Under the pieces are notes generated by a model. That model searched no databases and had not been told where the DNA came from. It saw only the letters and a program-made list of their open reading frames with translations. A stretch of DNA of 63,936 nucleotides, counting the filler, from Folioceros fuciformis (Eukaryota): NCBI GenBank assembly GCA_049999805.1. It is 8 parts of 8 records of this genome, joined end to end, with 100 filler letters (N's around TTAATTAATTAA, not from the genome) between each part and the next. Parts side by side here need not be neighbours in the genome. Positions count along the whole stretch, not along the records: positions 50,595 to 60,347 come from JBNGIO010005322.1; positions 60,448 to 63,936 come from JBNGIO010005326.1; 6 more parts are not named here. One strand, given 5' to 3'. This document shows, piece by piece, positions 51,906 to 63,936 of this stretch (position 1 is its first letter; the number at the start of each line of letters is the position of its first letter). The position numbers and the translations under genes were made by a program.

Positions 51906-53858
51906 GCCCAGCCTTGCCGAGCTACTCTAAAAGTGGTGATAATTCAGCACTCGTTCCCTTTCGTTCCTCTGCAAGTTGCGCCGCCAGAACGCATACGTAT
52001 GGCCCACCTCCGATTCGGTCTCCGACTCTATCGCCCGTATTTTGTCACCCAATCCTCTGCCTCCATAAGCGCAGGCGCTACGCCCGCCGCTCCCACTGTG
52101 CTTCACACCATGCTTGGTCGCTCGCTTGTGGCAGAGAAGAAAGCCTCCGTGGTTGGTTGGAGGAGAGTGCGCTCAAACGTTTCCTGGCCGCAAAGTGTTA
52201 TTTTCTTAGACTTCTGGAAACTTCGTGCCAATACGGGGCTTAAAAACTAGGTTTGGAATCTAGGACCCACTCTTTCCGGATATGCACACCATCTGGCTCT
52301 TGGCTCAATGCCGCACTTGTCATTAATAAAACGAATCAAGGAGGCTCATGCGTGTCTGCCAATACCGCGCGCAGACGTTTGAAGGGGCCACGCCTTTACT
52401 CCCATCTTCCCCGCAAGTAACCCAAGTGTGCAGTGTGGCTACCCACCTTGCTCCCTCCTGGAGTCAGGACCTGGCCATTTACTTGCAGCCTCGCCTCACC
52501 CAAGCTCTCCACCCTGAGGCAATGAAACAGGCCTGGGATGATGCTGCTGTCAGTAACCAAGTCATGTGTCTGTCACCCTAGTACCACAGTTGCTTTCGGA
52601 TTTTCTCTACCCTGCTCACGTTCAGCCCGGAACGAAAAGACACAGACAAGCAGGCGCTTGTTACAGTCTACTGCTCTTCCAACATTCCACAGCTTGCGCG
52701 GCAACCCCATCTGCATCTGCACACACGTGCAGTACACACATATCTTCAGCGCAATGAGCCTTCGCAGTGCACGGCACGGTGGAACTTCCTGCCCAAATCC
52801 AGCACAACCAGGCATAGCATCTTCCTAGCCCTCATCACCCTCTCCACCACATCACAACGCATTCCTGCGCCTCCCAATTCGGTGACTTCCAAGCCCTAAA
52901 ACTCGGCATTGAAACGGTGCCACCCTGCAACGCTCCCCCACATTTCCTCCTGCTCTTTCTCCCACCCCCACCCCAACCCCGGACAAGCAATTCACCTCCT
53001 ACTCCCCTCTAGGGCTCCTCTCTCTCTGGCACAGCCGGGATGCAAACTCCCACACCACGCTTGGGCGAGGAGGGAAACTGCAAGCCTGCTGTTCATGTGC
53101 CCGCGCCAACTCCCATCCCTGCCGATCCCATGCTTTGTTTGGCCCTGCCGTCAGCCGATAGCCACTTCAGAATCGTCCCATGGGCAACATATCCAAGTAC
53201 AGTACTTGGCCTTCGCACTCCCAAGTTTTTCATCGATGAAAAAGCCACACACCTAAAATTCCTTACTGAGTCACCTCTCATTATGGCTGATCGCATAACT
53301 ATATAATCACCTACCTTCCTAGGGCGCTAGTTACATCTGTCGAAACGAGGCCGAGCCAGCGAGGGTTCTTCTCCCCGGGCCAAGCGCTCCTCTAACGGGC
53401 CTACGAGCTGCTGCCGTCGCATGTGCTGCAATGTGGGCTGCGGTCCCCATGCACTAGCAATGGAACATAGGCCCGGATCTTGCTCGCATGCCGGAGATCG
53501 GAATGAGCATGGCTTCGGCGGCTACCTTGCTTTCATGTCTCAGCTTCCAGCACCTTTGATCCTTCCTGCAACCGGGAGCCTTCAGCTCGGAAGCAGCACT
53601 AGGTGCGTGTTGGAGTTTGGTGCTTCGGGATCTGAACAATGCGGCAGCTTCAGGGAAGGGACAGGAGGAGGAAAGTGGATCATTCCACAGGGTTGCTTTG
53701 ACGGCAGTTTTTTGTGCGTGAAGCCTGAAGTGTGAAGGGTGTGTTTTGTGAGAGGAAACCGGAACAGCGTGATGCCTGCGGATACTGCCGGCTAACCGGA
53801 TTGTGGATTTTGTGTGCGTTTCAGTTCATGTTAGCTGTTAGCAACCGGAAGGTCGTCC

Positions 53859-54296
53859 ATGGCAGCAGCAGCAGCAGCGAGCTTTTTCAGAGGGAGGAAG
53901 GAGGAGCCGCCTGTCGAGGTGGAGTTCTGGCATAGTGCGGATCGTGAAGGCTGGCTCACCAAGCAGGGTGAGTACATTAAGACGTGGCGCAGGCGCTGGT
54001 TTGTTTTGAAGGGGGGTAAGGTTTTCTGGTTCAAAGACAGAATTCTGTCCAGGAACTCCAAGCCCAGGGGTGTGATCAACATGGGCAGCTGCCTCACCAT
54101 TAAGGGTGCTGAAGATGTGTTGAACAAGCAGAACGCTTTTGAGCTTTCTACAAATAAGGAGACCATGTACTTCATAGCCGACACGGAAAAGGAGAAGGAA
54201 GATTGGATTAACTCCATGGGTCGGGCTATCGTACGCTTCTCCAGGTCTATTACCGAGACAGAAGTTCTAGACTATGACAGCCAGCCTGTCCGATAG
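53859..54296 (+). CDS. Small pleckstrin-homology domain protein (plant PH1-like)
   Basis: EGWLTKQGEYIKTWRRRWFVLK...YFIADTEKEKEDWINSMGR; intronless 145 aa. Confidence 0.93.
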   Translation: MAAAAAASFFRGRKEEPPVEVEFWHSADREGWLTKQGEYIKTWRRRWFVLKGGKVFWFKDRILSRNSKPRGVINMGSCLTIKGAEDVLNKQNAFELSTNKETMYFIADTEKEKEDWINSMGRAIVRFSRSITETEVLDYDSQPVR

Positions 54297-54956
54297 GGCG
54301 GGCGGGTCGGCTCTTGGCGTGATCGAAATTTTTGATCTGACGTGATAGCCATTTTTCTTCACCACCCTACCAATATTCTACTTGTGTTAGCCTTCCATGT
54401 TGTCAAAGATTGGAGCGGTTGCTGGCTTTCATCGTCTGGGGTCATGTGAAGTGCTTGGTTGGGTCATCGTCAGTCGTTGTAATAACCTCATGGTGGTCCA
54501 TCTAGCCACTCGCTACCTGTCTTGTCAACATTGGGCAGTCTTGTACATGTGACTCTTAACATGTGCCCTCTTTGACGACCTGGCAGCTCCTATCTATCTC
54601 CAGCAACCCCTGGAGAGCCTTATGTACCTTGTTTCTGTACAGAAACTACTTGTGCTCCTTTCGTGTGAACTCTTACGTCCTTTGACCTCCACTGTGTTCT
54701 CAACAGTCAGGCCACCAATGACAAGGGCCCTCCCATCCATTGTGATGTTGATGTTGTGCACAGCACTTGCATGTGGCAGCTGAACTCGCAACAGCTTGCC
54801 TGGTAGTCCCTCTGTTGGCTCACCCGGTGCCTCGTGGGTTACGAAGTTCACGCAGAAGGTTCCAGGTACTTGATTCGGACGTGCCTGGTAACGAGCCGTG
54901 AATTTCAGTCTCACCAGTCAGATTTCTTAGTGCAACCATCTGTCTTTCGGGACCTC

Positions 54957-56523
54957 ATGGCAGCGTTAAGATTGCTGAGCCAACCTGTGCTTCCTGTTGC
55001 TGTGGCCGCCTTCTCCTGTTGCACTGCAGATACCCGCTCCTCAGTGCACCTCCAGTAAGTTTTTCCTTCTCGCTCTCTGGCCCTTTCGACGTGTCTGGCA
55101 TCTCTCCCAATGTTAATCCGGCCTGAGGCGCTGAATGTGCTGTGAGATGGCAAGGGGATTCACCACGCACAGGTGGCTGCAGGCGTGGGCTAGGATTGGG
55201 TTGGCCCAGCTTGAGGTTGGGTGGCAGTAGGGGTTCGAGAGCGTGCTCGCTGTGGCCAGCGCTGCGTTGCGCCTTGGCGGAAGACATGGCCGTGGAGACG
55301 CAAGGGCACACATCCACCTCGCAGGTATTGAAAACCAGGCTACAGTGCCTACCCTGGGTTCACTGTAGGTCATGGGTTTCTAGGCGCTGCTGGGAATCGC
55401 AAAGGCTGACTATGATGTGCTGGACAGCAGGGCAATGGTGCGTTTTTGCCGGAGCTTCTGGTGAGCATTTTCTGGTCTGCACGCTTTCGTGGCCCACGAA
55501 CGTGGCATGGAATTAACTTGTGCCCCGTGCCTTTGTTCCGTTTCTTGCAGACTGAGTTCATGGTCGACATGAAATGCGAAGGGTGTGTGAAATCAGTCAG
55601 AAGCAAGCTGGAGCCATTAGAGGGTACGTGTCCACGCGGCCCAGTCCTGGACATGCCTTTTCTTTACCCGGAGAACCAGCACTGCACTGACACAGTTCGC
55701 TACGATGTTGCTGCTGTACCAGGGGTGAAGTCAGTGGATGTGGATCTTCCCAATCAGGTAGTCAAGGTGTTGGGCTCAACATCCTTGAGGGAGTTAGCAA
55801 CAGCTCTTGAGCAGTCAGGTCGTAAAGCCAGACTGATAGGCCAAGGCTCCCCAGAGAGTAAGTAGGCATTGGCCCTTAACAGGCCCTGATGTCACTTTAC
55901 AGGGTCTTGCACGTCCCGTCAGCTGATAGCAGATGCTGCATGGCTGCTTCAGAGTTTGCACTATCTGCAGCAGTGTCTGAGTTCAAGGGCCCAGTCATCT
56001 ATGGGGTAGTGAGGTTCGCTCAGGTGAGTATGGAACTTGCAAGGATTGAGGCCTCCTTCACAGGCCTGCGGCCCGGCCTCCATGCTTGGTCCATCAACTG
56101 TTACGGTGACTTGAGGAAAGGAGCTGCCTCTACCGGTCCTGTTTACAATCCTCCGGGGAGTAGTGAGGTATGCTTTCCTGCGATCCACAGTTGCCATATA
56201 CGGTTAGTGACACACCCACGTCTCTGGCCTTTCTGAGCATGTCTTGGCTGCAGCCACTGGGCGATTTAGGTGTTTTGGAGGCGAAGGCGAGTGGAGAAGC
56301 TGAATTCTTGGGGACCAAACCACAGCTGATTGTAGGGGATTTGATCGGAAGGGCCTTGGTCCTTTACGATGACCAACTGAAGAGTAAAGATGGTATAGCT
56401 GCCGCGGTTATTGCTAGAAGTGCAGGCGTAGGGGAAAACTACAAGAAGCTGTGTACTTGTGACGGGACTGTGATCTGGGAGTCCACTAGCGCGGATTATG
56501 TTCCAGGTGTCAGTGTACTGTAA
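54957..56523 (+). CDS. CCS: Copper chaperone for superoxide dismutase, with likely transit peptide
   Basis: HMA domain TEFMVDMKCEGCV, SOD-like domain (HAWSINCYGDL, DLIGRA) and C-terminal KKLCTCDGTVIWES; GT-AG introns; start codon inferred. Confidence 0.93.
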
Positions 56524-57233
56524 GTGTAAGATACTGAAAGTGGGTGTTCGCAACACTCTGGATGTCCAATGACAACCCGTAGATATCGCGTTGTCTGTCG
56601 GCACCTTCACAATCCATAGCGTCCATGAATCTACACATCTCACCTTAATCGGTAACCGCGTACTGGCTGTTCAGATGTTTTCGCGGGGCTTCGAATAGGA
56701 AGCGTTTTAGTCAAAGCAAAGAGATGCAGTTAACGTACTCTCTGACCAAGCCCGTGAGAGTCAGATCTTGACCTGTCCAATGAAGTAACCGTGCCAATTT
56801 GGGAAGCGTGGGGAGGAACCTCGGATATCAATTCCAGGATCTTATTCTCGATGGAACGGCCTTCGCTCTTGAGGGGTTCCTCATGCTGGTGCAATCCTCC
56901 GGCGTTCAGCTGGCAGGTTGTTCAGTGTTAGATTGGAAGCCTTGTGATTGGTGACTTTCAACATATTGCGATCTAGGTCTTTTGAGTCATCCTTCTATTT
57001 GTCGTTGGACTCCTCCGCCCTTCAGGTGGCAAGCTATTACTGTATGTTGCCACTCCGGTCTCGGATGGGACCTTGAGTGTCTGTGCCCTAAAGGTCTTTA
57101 AGTTTTTCTCCTCCGTCTTGATTTTCAAGTTGTCCTTCTGCTACTGTAATATTGTGGACGATCAGTAAAGATCAACAACACCAACGGTGATTGCAACTCC
57201 AGAGCTAGCAGGTGGTCCGGAGTNNNNNNNNNN

Positions 57234-58948
57234 ATTAGTGCCGTCCATGTCACCACATCCTTCGTGGCCAAGCTTTCAAAAACCCTTCGTGCATCTTCCA
57301 GCTCATCGCATTTTGAGTACATATCCACCAGGCAGTTACCCAGCACAACGTTACCCAGCAGTCCCCTTTCAACAATCTGCGTGTGCAACTGCTTGCCCTT
57401 CTGTAATGCACCACTGCTTGCACAGGCCTTTAGCAGGCAAGCAAAAGTAACACGGTCAGCCAAAATGAGGCCCTCCTGCTCCATTTGTTCGTAGACAACA
57501 AGCGCCTCCTGCCCTAGTCCTTGCTCTGCATACCCAGAAATCAGCACCGTCCATGTCACCACACTCTTTGTGGCCATGCTGTCGAAAACCTGGCGTGCAT
57601 CCTTTAGTTCACCACATTTTGCATACATGTCCACCAGGCATGTGCTCAACACTACGTCATCCAGCAGTCCCATTTTGACGATCTGTGAGTGCAGCTGCCT
57701 GCCCTTGTGTAGAGCACCCGTGCTTGCACAGGCCTTGAGAACGCACGCAAGAGTAACATGATTAGCCAAAATTAGACCCTCCTCCTCCATTTGTCCATAG
57801 AGGACGATCGCCTCAGCTCCAAGCCCTTGCTGGGCATGCCCAGCTATTAGGGCATTCCATGTCACCACATTCTTCGTGGGCATGATTTCAAAAACCTGGA
57901 GTGCTTCTTTCAGTTCCCCACATTTTGAATACATGTCCACCAGACAGGTACCAAGAAAAACGTTAAGTGGAATGCCACTCTGCAATAGATCACGATGTAC
58001 TTCTCTGCCAGATTCCAAGTCGCCGGCAAATGCACAAGCTTGAAGGGCAGCTACAAAGACGTGGGCATCCGCCTTCACTCCTGACCTACGCATCTCATGG
58101 TACAAATGGACGGCCTCATGAGGTTTCCCATGCTTAGCGTATGCGGAGATGATAGAAACCCACATGAAGGCATCTGGTTTGTCAACCCTGGTGAGCACAT
58201 CCATCGCCTCCTCTAGCCTCCCTCCACTCGCATACATGCGCAATATATGGTTCCCCAGGTATGCATTCGACTCGAATCCAAGTTTCACGGTGAGGTCATG
58301 AACTCGTCGTCCCAAAACCAAGTCCTTCTTTGCTGTACACAGTTTTAGGACAGTGTAAAACAGAGACTGAGTAGTCGCAGAGTCTGTCTGTGCCAGAGAT
58401 TCCAGGGCTCCCACGGCCCCAACAAGATTCCCTTGCTGACAAAACATGCTCACGGTTGCAGCCGTTACGACGCCCTTTTCCGATCCTGCACGCCTGCAAG
58501 GTTCAGGCTTGTCAGGAGAGCTCGACTGGAGAAGAGGGGCACTGAGACCCATCTGAATATCCAAGGAAACTAGCTGCCCATCAACCCAAGCTGGCTTGAA
58601 CATGCTGTTTAACCACAGGACCTCGCCGGACCCCTTGCGCCGGAAGTCAGGCGAGCGGGAGCTCTTCTTATCTCGTCTGTTGTCCCACCACATGGAAGGG
58701 TCCAGAAAAAATTGTTGCCACAAGTGTTCCTGCTCCTGACGGCGACCAACGGTGGACAGCCCGTCCCCGCCCACTGGTTTCCTTGGAAGTGGAAGTACCG
58801 GGCTGGTAACACTGCTGCACCTGGGGCATTCGTCGTTTGCCAGCGGTTGACTCCTTGAGGTGAGGTGGGCGGGGGCCATTCCCACAATCCGCGGAGACAC
58901 ACCAATGTATTCGGTCCACGACAGGTCCGGTTGCCATACTGTGGCCAT
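57234..58948 (-). CDS. PLS-class PPR protein with N-terminal OSB-type PDF motif; C-terminus lost at the N gap
   Basis: Repeated LVDMYxKCGEL and VVTWxALI..YA P-L-S triplets; LWQQFFLDPSMWWDNR..SPDFRRK..VLWL at about 58575-58725. Confidence 0.9.
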
Positions 58949-59257
58949 CGTTCAGGGACCGCTGTTGGATGATAAGTCTGGTAGCGGACTTCAGGAAGAG
59001 GCCAAGGTCCTTTCAGTGCATCACCACAGAACTAGGAAGCCAAGGGAGGAGATTTTCTTCATTGGATCGAGCTCAAAAAATTCATTTCTTGTTACATCGA
59101 TTGCACTCTGATAAGTAAGAGTACTGTAAAAGTGAATCTACAGAATGGTTCACACGTCTTGTACGGGAGACGTCGGCAGTTAAGCACATTGAACTCTCCC
59201 AGGAAAAGCGACATATTCTGAGGGCTACACATTTCAGTACGTCCGTTTACATTAGTT

Positions 59258-60320
59258 TCAAGGTCGACCCTTACAACTGCAAGAACCAGCGGCGAATCGA
59301 TGCACGCGGTACCCATCCCTTACAACAATATCTCTTTGTTCAAGCCTTGACATAATCTTTGTGGAACGGTGGTAGTCATTGCACATGCGTAGATTTTTGG
59401 TGACCACAAGAGATGTACCACTGGGAGTGTTCAAGAGGCCAAAAGCAAGAGCTAGTTTCTCAGCATGCCCACAAGCAACTCCTCCTTCTCCTGCTCACAC
59501 AAGCCTTGACATAATCTTTGTGGAACTGTGGTAGTCATTGCACATGCGTAGATTTTTGGTGACCACAAGAGATGTACCACTGGGAGTGTTCAAGAGGCCA
59601 AGAGCAAGAGCTAGTTTCTCAGCATGCCCACGAAGCAACTCCTCCTTCTCCTGCTCACACAGTGGCTTCAACACCAAATTTGTCTGAGGTACATGGCCTC
59701 CTTCATGCTTCACTCATGCATTTGTACTCTCTACCTTGAGCATGATACCCTCCCTCCTTTCTCCAACCAGGAATCTATGCACGTGCTTGTTCACCTCAAT
59801 GGTTGCCACTACAGGCTTCTTGTTAGCTTCTGCTACCATTCTCTATTTTCAATCCTGTCCACATCGGTCCACCTGCCTGCATCTGCACAAGCATTGGCCA
59901 TGAGCACATGCGCAGACGCCCTTTCAAGGTCAAGTCTCACAATACTTTCAAAACACTGCACCGCCCTCTCCACGTCCCCATGACTTTTGCAGGAGTTCAA
60001 CAAAGACGTCAACCCCACAACATTACTTCGGCTCTCGCATGATAGTAGCATCCGCTCTGCCTCATCTAAATGGCCAGCACGACCAAGGAGGTCAACCATG
60101 CAATCGTAATGCTCAATAGTAGGTTTGATGCCATGCTCTTCAACCATTGAATCAAAGTGATTGAGACCCTCCTGAACCAGTCCCTGGTGGTTGCATGCCG
60201 CTAGAAGGCAGGGTAAACGTAGCACCATCAGGCTGGATACCGACAACTAGCATCTCCTTAAAACAACCTAACGCGCTGCAAGCCTCATCACAACTATAAT
60301 ACCCCGATATCATGGTGTGA
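59258..60320 (-). pseudogene. PPR E-DYW:KP (GRP-ending) pseudogene with internal duplication
   Basis: HYDCMVDLLGRAG E motifs, KKPVVATIEV, HAEKLA, KNLRMCNDYH and terminal GSCSCKGRP* at 59258; frameshifts, an in-frame TGA and a roughly 160-bp tandem duplication. Confidence 0.9.
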
Positions 60321-61097
60321 TGAGGGTCGCAGTGCGTTAGCTTGTTTNNNNNNNNNNNNNNNNNNNNNNNNNNNNNNNNNNNNNNNNNNNNTTAATTAAT
60401 TAANNNNNNNNNNNNNNNNNNNNNNNNNNNNNNNNNNNNNNNNNNNNTGGGACCAAACCTATACTCACTCTTATAACCAAACCAACTATTTCCTGATCAA
60501 TTAACCTAATTAGCACAAAGAAAAATAGGAAAAATGACAAGAAAATCAAGGAAAATGAGGGAAAATAAGTTGAAAAAGAAAACCAAACCATACCACTATT
60601 AACCCTTTTTCAACCAAAACAGACTACTACCCCAAACTTTGAAGGTTCACACCAGATCAACTAACACTCTTTGAATAGGGATGAAGATTGGAAAGTGCAC
60701 TACAGGAATAAAGATATTGTTATTTCTTCTAGTCTTATTGTGGAATAGAAAATTTTGGTAATCGGTCTAGGAAAGTCTAACTTGGTTTCTTTTTGTTCAA
60801 AATAGTTAGAAGGGAGGCATATGGAAGGTAGGTTTCTGGGCAAGTGCCCATAGTAGGTAGTGAGCAGCTGGTGAAGGTTTTTATGGATTTTTTTAGTTCT
60901 ATTTTGGTAGGTTAGGATAAGAAGATACCTACGTAGCAGGATGTCTACCTACATACGTAGAGAGAGTACCTACGTGGGGAAAATGGAAGATACCTACGTA
61001 GGTAGGGAAGGTACTTATACATAGACACCCCACCTACGGCAATGGTGTAGGCAGTCTATCTACGACAATGGGTGGGAATGGTAGGGAACCTACCTAT

Positions 61098-61205
61098 TGA
61101 AGGATCGCTAGAGGAGCCACATGGTGGAGGAGGAGAGGAGGAAGCAAGGAGAAGAGGAGAAAGAGAGGTCACACTCTCACACAATCTTAATTGCAAGGGA
61201 GCTTG
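61098..61205 (-). mobile_element. Truncated family B-like LTR end
   Basis: TGAAGGATCGCTAGAGGAGC...GAGAGGTCACACTCTCAC matches 19278 onward, then diverges. Confidence 0.7.
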
Positions 61206-61540
61206 TGGGGGAAAATATTGCACCCAAGGTGCTGCGAGGCCCACACAAACTCTCTTTGTCGTTATAGCACTAGGATTCGATCCCAAGGGAATGATTTGTG
61301 CCAAGTAACACAGGTTTCTTCTAAAAGTCAGTTACTACCTAGGTCAAACTTTATCCCAGCTTCACTACCTACTGGTTCAACTACCCCTACCCCTCAGCTA
61401 GCCTAGCTACTACAGTCCCTACTCTACAGCTCCAGGCCTCACTCGGCTACCTCGACCCTAGGCTACCCTACTAACTCACTCGACTACTGGGGGGGGGAAG
61501 TCTCTACAACTACTAACCCTTCAACTACCGAGGTAGGGTC

Positions 61541-61700
61541 TCAATTACCGGTAGCCACTTCGGCTACCTCCATCGTCTTTCAACTACCGGTAGCCGCTTC
61601 GGCTTCCTCCGTCGTCTTTCAACTACCGGTAGCCGCTTCGGCTACCTATGTCGTCTTTCAACTACCGGTAGCCGAATCTCCGTCGTCCTTCCACTACCGT
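61541..61700. repeat. 39-bp palindromic tandem repeat, about four units
   Basis: TCAACTACCGGTAGCCGCTTCGGCTACCTCCGTCGTCTT at 61541, 61580, 61619 and 61658. Confidence 0.9.
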
Positions 61701-62639
61701 GGTGGGTCCCACCCCAAACCCTAACTAATTATTTTTGGCACAGGCGCCGCCGCGAGTTTCCACCCACGGGTTTCTGCCCTGGACCTCCCAGACTCACAGA
61801 GCTAGCTTATTTCATGCTCCTCACGCATGCAAGGGCTGATCCATGGGGAACAAAGCCTTGCGGATCAGCCACACCTCCCCACACACTCATGCAACACTCC
61901 ATACACATGCAAATCACACACAAGAGCTCTAGTTCACAGTTATTCTTACAGGCCTGCCCCCAAGGGTCTCAATCTCCAGCAATGTCCAAAATCTTCCAGC
62001 AAATCCTTCACCACTCCTCACAATCCCTCACNNNNNNNNNNNNNNNNNNNNNNNNNNNNNNNNNNNNNNNNNNNNNNNNNNNNNNNNNNNNNNNNNNNNN
62101 NNNNNNNNNNNNNNNNNNNNNNNNNNNNNNNCACTCATGCAACACTCCACACACATGCAAATCACACACAAGAGCTCTGGTTTACAATTATTTTCACAGG
62201 CCTGCCCCAAAGGGTCTCAATCTCCAACACTGTCCACCAATCTTCAGCAATCTCTCACAATCCCTCATGAGCTTTAACAAGCTCTCACAGCCACTAATAG
62301 ACACCTCGAAATCTCGCAGAAACTCTCTTGATTTTGCATCCAATCTTCAGCATTCTTCCTCCATTCTCCAGCAATCTTCTCAGCCATTTTCTCTTTAGGT
62401 CTTCAGCAACGTTCCAACTCTTCCAGCAATGTTTCAGCAACTCTAGCAACCTCTCTCAGTCCTCCACAAACGTCTAGGGATTCCTAAGAAATTCCCCAGC
62501 AATCTCGTCCAAACCTCAACAAACAATCACCTAGCAATTTCTCAACGATTTCTTAGCAAATCTCCTCTTGCAATCTTCCACGGTTCTCTTCAATCTTCCA
62601 GCTCTCTCTTCTCACCAGATTCAACACGCAGCTGATGGT

Positions 62640-63410
62640 TCAGGGAATAAGGGAAGGAGGAAATCTCCCTCCACTCCAGCAGCGGTGGATTTGTCCCCCT
62701 CTCCTCAGCTACGGACCAAAATCAGTCCTCACTCTCTTCTTCTCAACTCACTCCAGCTCCTCATCCTCCTTCTTCTCCTCCTCTCAATCACTCTCAACCT
62801 TCTCCTTCTCCTCAACTCGACACACTCTCTTCTCTCACACTCTCCTTCTCCTTCTCAACTCACACTCTCTTCAACTCCAGATTAAAAATGCAGTCAACCA
62901 GCTCAGGGAATAAGGGAAGGAGAAGCTCTCCCTCCACTCCAGCAACAGTGGATTCGTCCCCCTCACTTTCCACTGCAAAACACAACTGGTCGTTTAGGGA
63001 ATAAGGGAAGGAGGCGCTCCTTCCACTCCAGCAACGGTGGATTCGTCCCCCTCACTTTCAGCTGTGGAGCAAAAATCCTCAACTACCCCTAGGAGCATCT
63101 CGCACTCACTGCCTCACCCAGACCTCTCTAGTCTCGCCATGGACAGTGCAGGGGATCTCAACCGGGAGGAGTCTCAAACATTTGTTGATCGGAACACAGC
63201 TGGCCATTCGAGGAATAAGGGAAGGAGGTGCTCCTTCCACTCTACACAACTTGCAGATTCGTCTGCCTCACTTTCAGCTGTGGAGCAAAGGTTTTCAATC
63301 CCCCCTAGGAGCGTCTCGCACTCACTGCCTCACCCAAACATCTCCAGTCCAGCCATGGGCAGCGCAGGGGATCTCAACCGGGAGGAGTCTCAAACATTTG
63401 CTAATCAGAG
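62640..63410. repeat. Dispersed and tandem modules, probably retroelement non-coding DNA
   Basis: GGAATAAGGGAAGGAG...CTCCAGCAACGGTGGATT four times, plus a roughly 200-bp duplication (63040-63190 vs 63260-63405). Confidence 0.75.
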
Positions 63411-63936
63411 AGGCACCAATAGGCCCCTTTTGTACAGAGTTTCCAAGAGCAGGAGCCACGGCCCATCATAAAGTCTAGCTCTAAAATAGTTAACTTTAAA
63501 AAGGTGCTCTTAATTGCAGGCGGCACCAGGTCAAAATAGCATCTTACCAAATCTTATCTAAATAGCATCTTACCAAATCTGATCTAAATACTATTTCTAA
63601 ATGCAACCACTCCTCGCTTACCTTGGCGCCACTCTCTCTCCTCCTATTTATTCTTTCCCTTGCCACACAAAATCTTCAGGCTCTCCTTCCATGCTGCTGA
63701 TTGGGCAAATCCTTCCAAAAATATCCACCTCACTCTTGCTGTTGGCTGACTCATCCTAGTTGTCCACTCTCTCTCCTCCCAGGATGCTGATTGCCTCCTG
63801 TCACTCTGGCTGCAATTATTGCTATTCCAGGCCTCCTAGTGCAGGTAGAGGTTTCAGCAACCTTGGGTTGCTGATTCCGCAACCGTCGTCTCCCTTCGGC
63901 AACCGGCGTTGTTCCTTTGGCTACCGGTGTTGTTGC

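Noticed and set aside
50595-53850. Many short ORFs upstream of the PH-domain gene
   Set aside because: No conserved motifs; probably promoter, UTR and intergenic sequence
1-63936. tRNA, rRNA or hammerhead ribozyme genes
   Set aside because: No convincing cloverleaf or rRNA signature seen by eye; CTGATGA hits lack the matching GAAA stems; an Infernal scan would be needed to exclude them

Overview
Plant nuclear draft assembly made of eight unordered pieces. They are joined by seven artificial 100-nt N/TTAATTAATTAA/N linkers, so adjacency across linkers is meaningless. A GRP-ending DYW:KP PPR domain and very short introns point to a hornwort (inference). Host genes are an erlin/SPFH gene head-to-head with MCM9, cytosolic RPS4, a PH-domain gene, the copper chaperone CCS and two PLS-type PPR loci. 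Most of the rest is nested retroelement DNA: several Ty1/copia families (one full-length with a TCCTT target-site duplication, one with a half-tRNA primer site), Ty3/gypsy remnants and LINE remnants. There is also a pogo-type DNA transposon, an aspartate-kinase retrocopy and tandem arrays, one of them telomere-derived. The most notable observations are: (i) a PLS PPR protein fused to an OSB-type PDF ssDNA-binding motif, next to a U-to-C-type DYW:KP/GRP pseudogene; (ii) a decayed prokaryotic-like beta-class N4C/N6A DNA methyltransferase; (iii) a roughly 815-codon env-position retroelement ORF family seen twice; (iv) a candidate spliced antisense gene in a copia 3' region; (v) U12-type introns in MCM9. 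All calls come from reading the sequence by eye; no searches were run.
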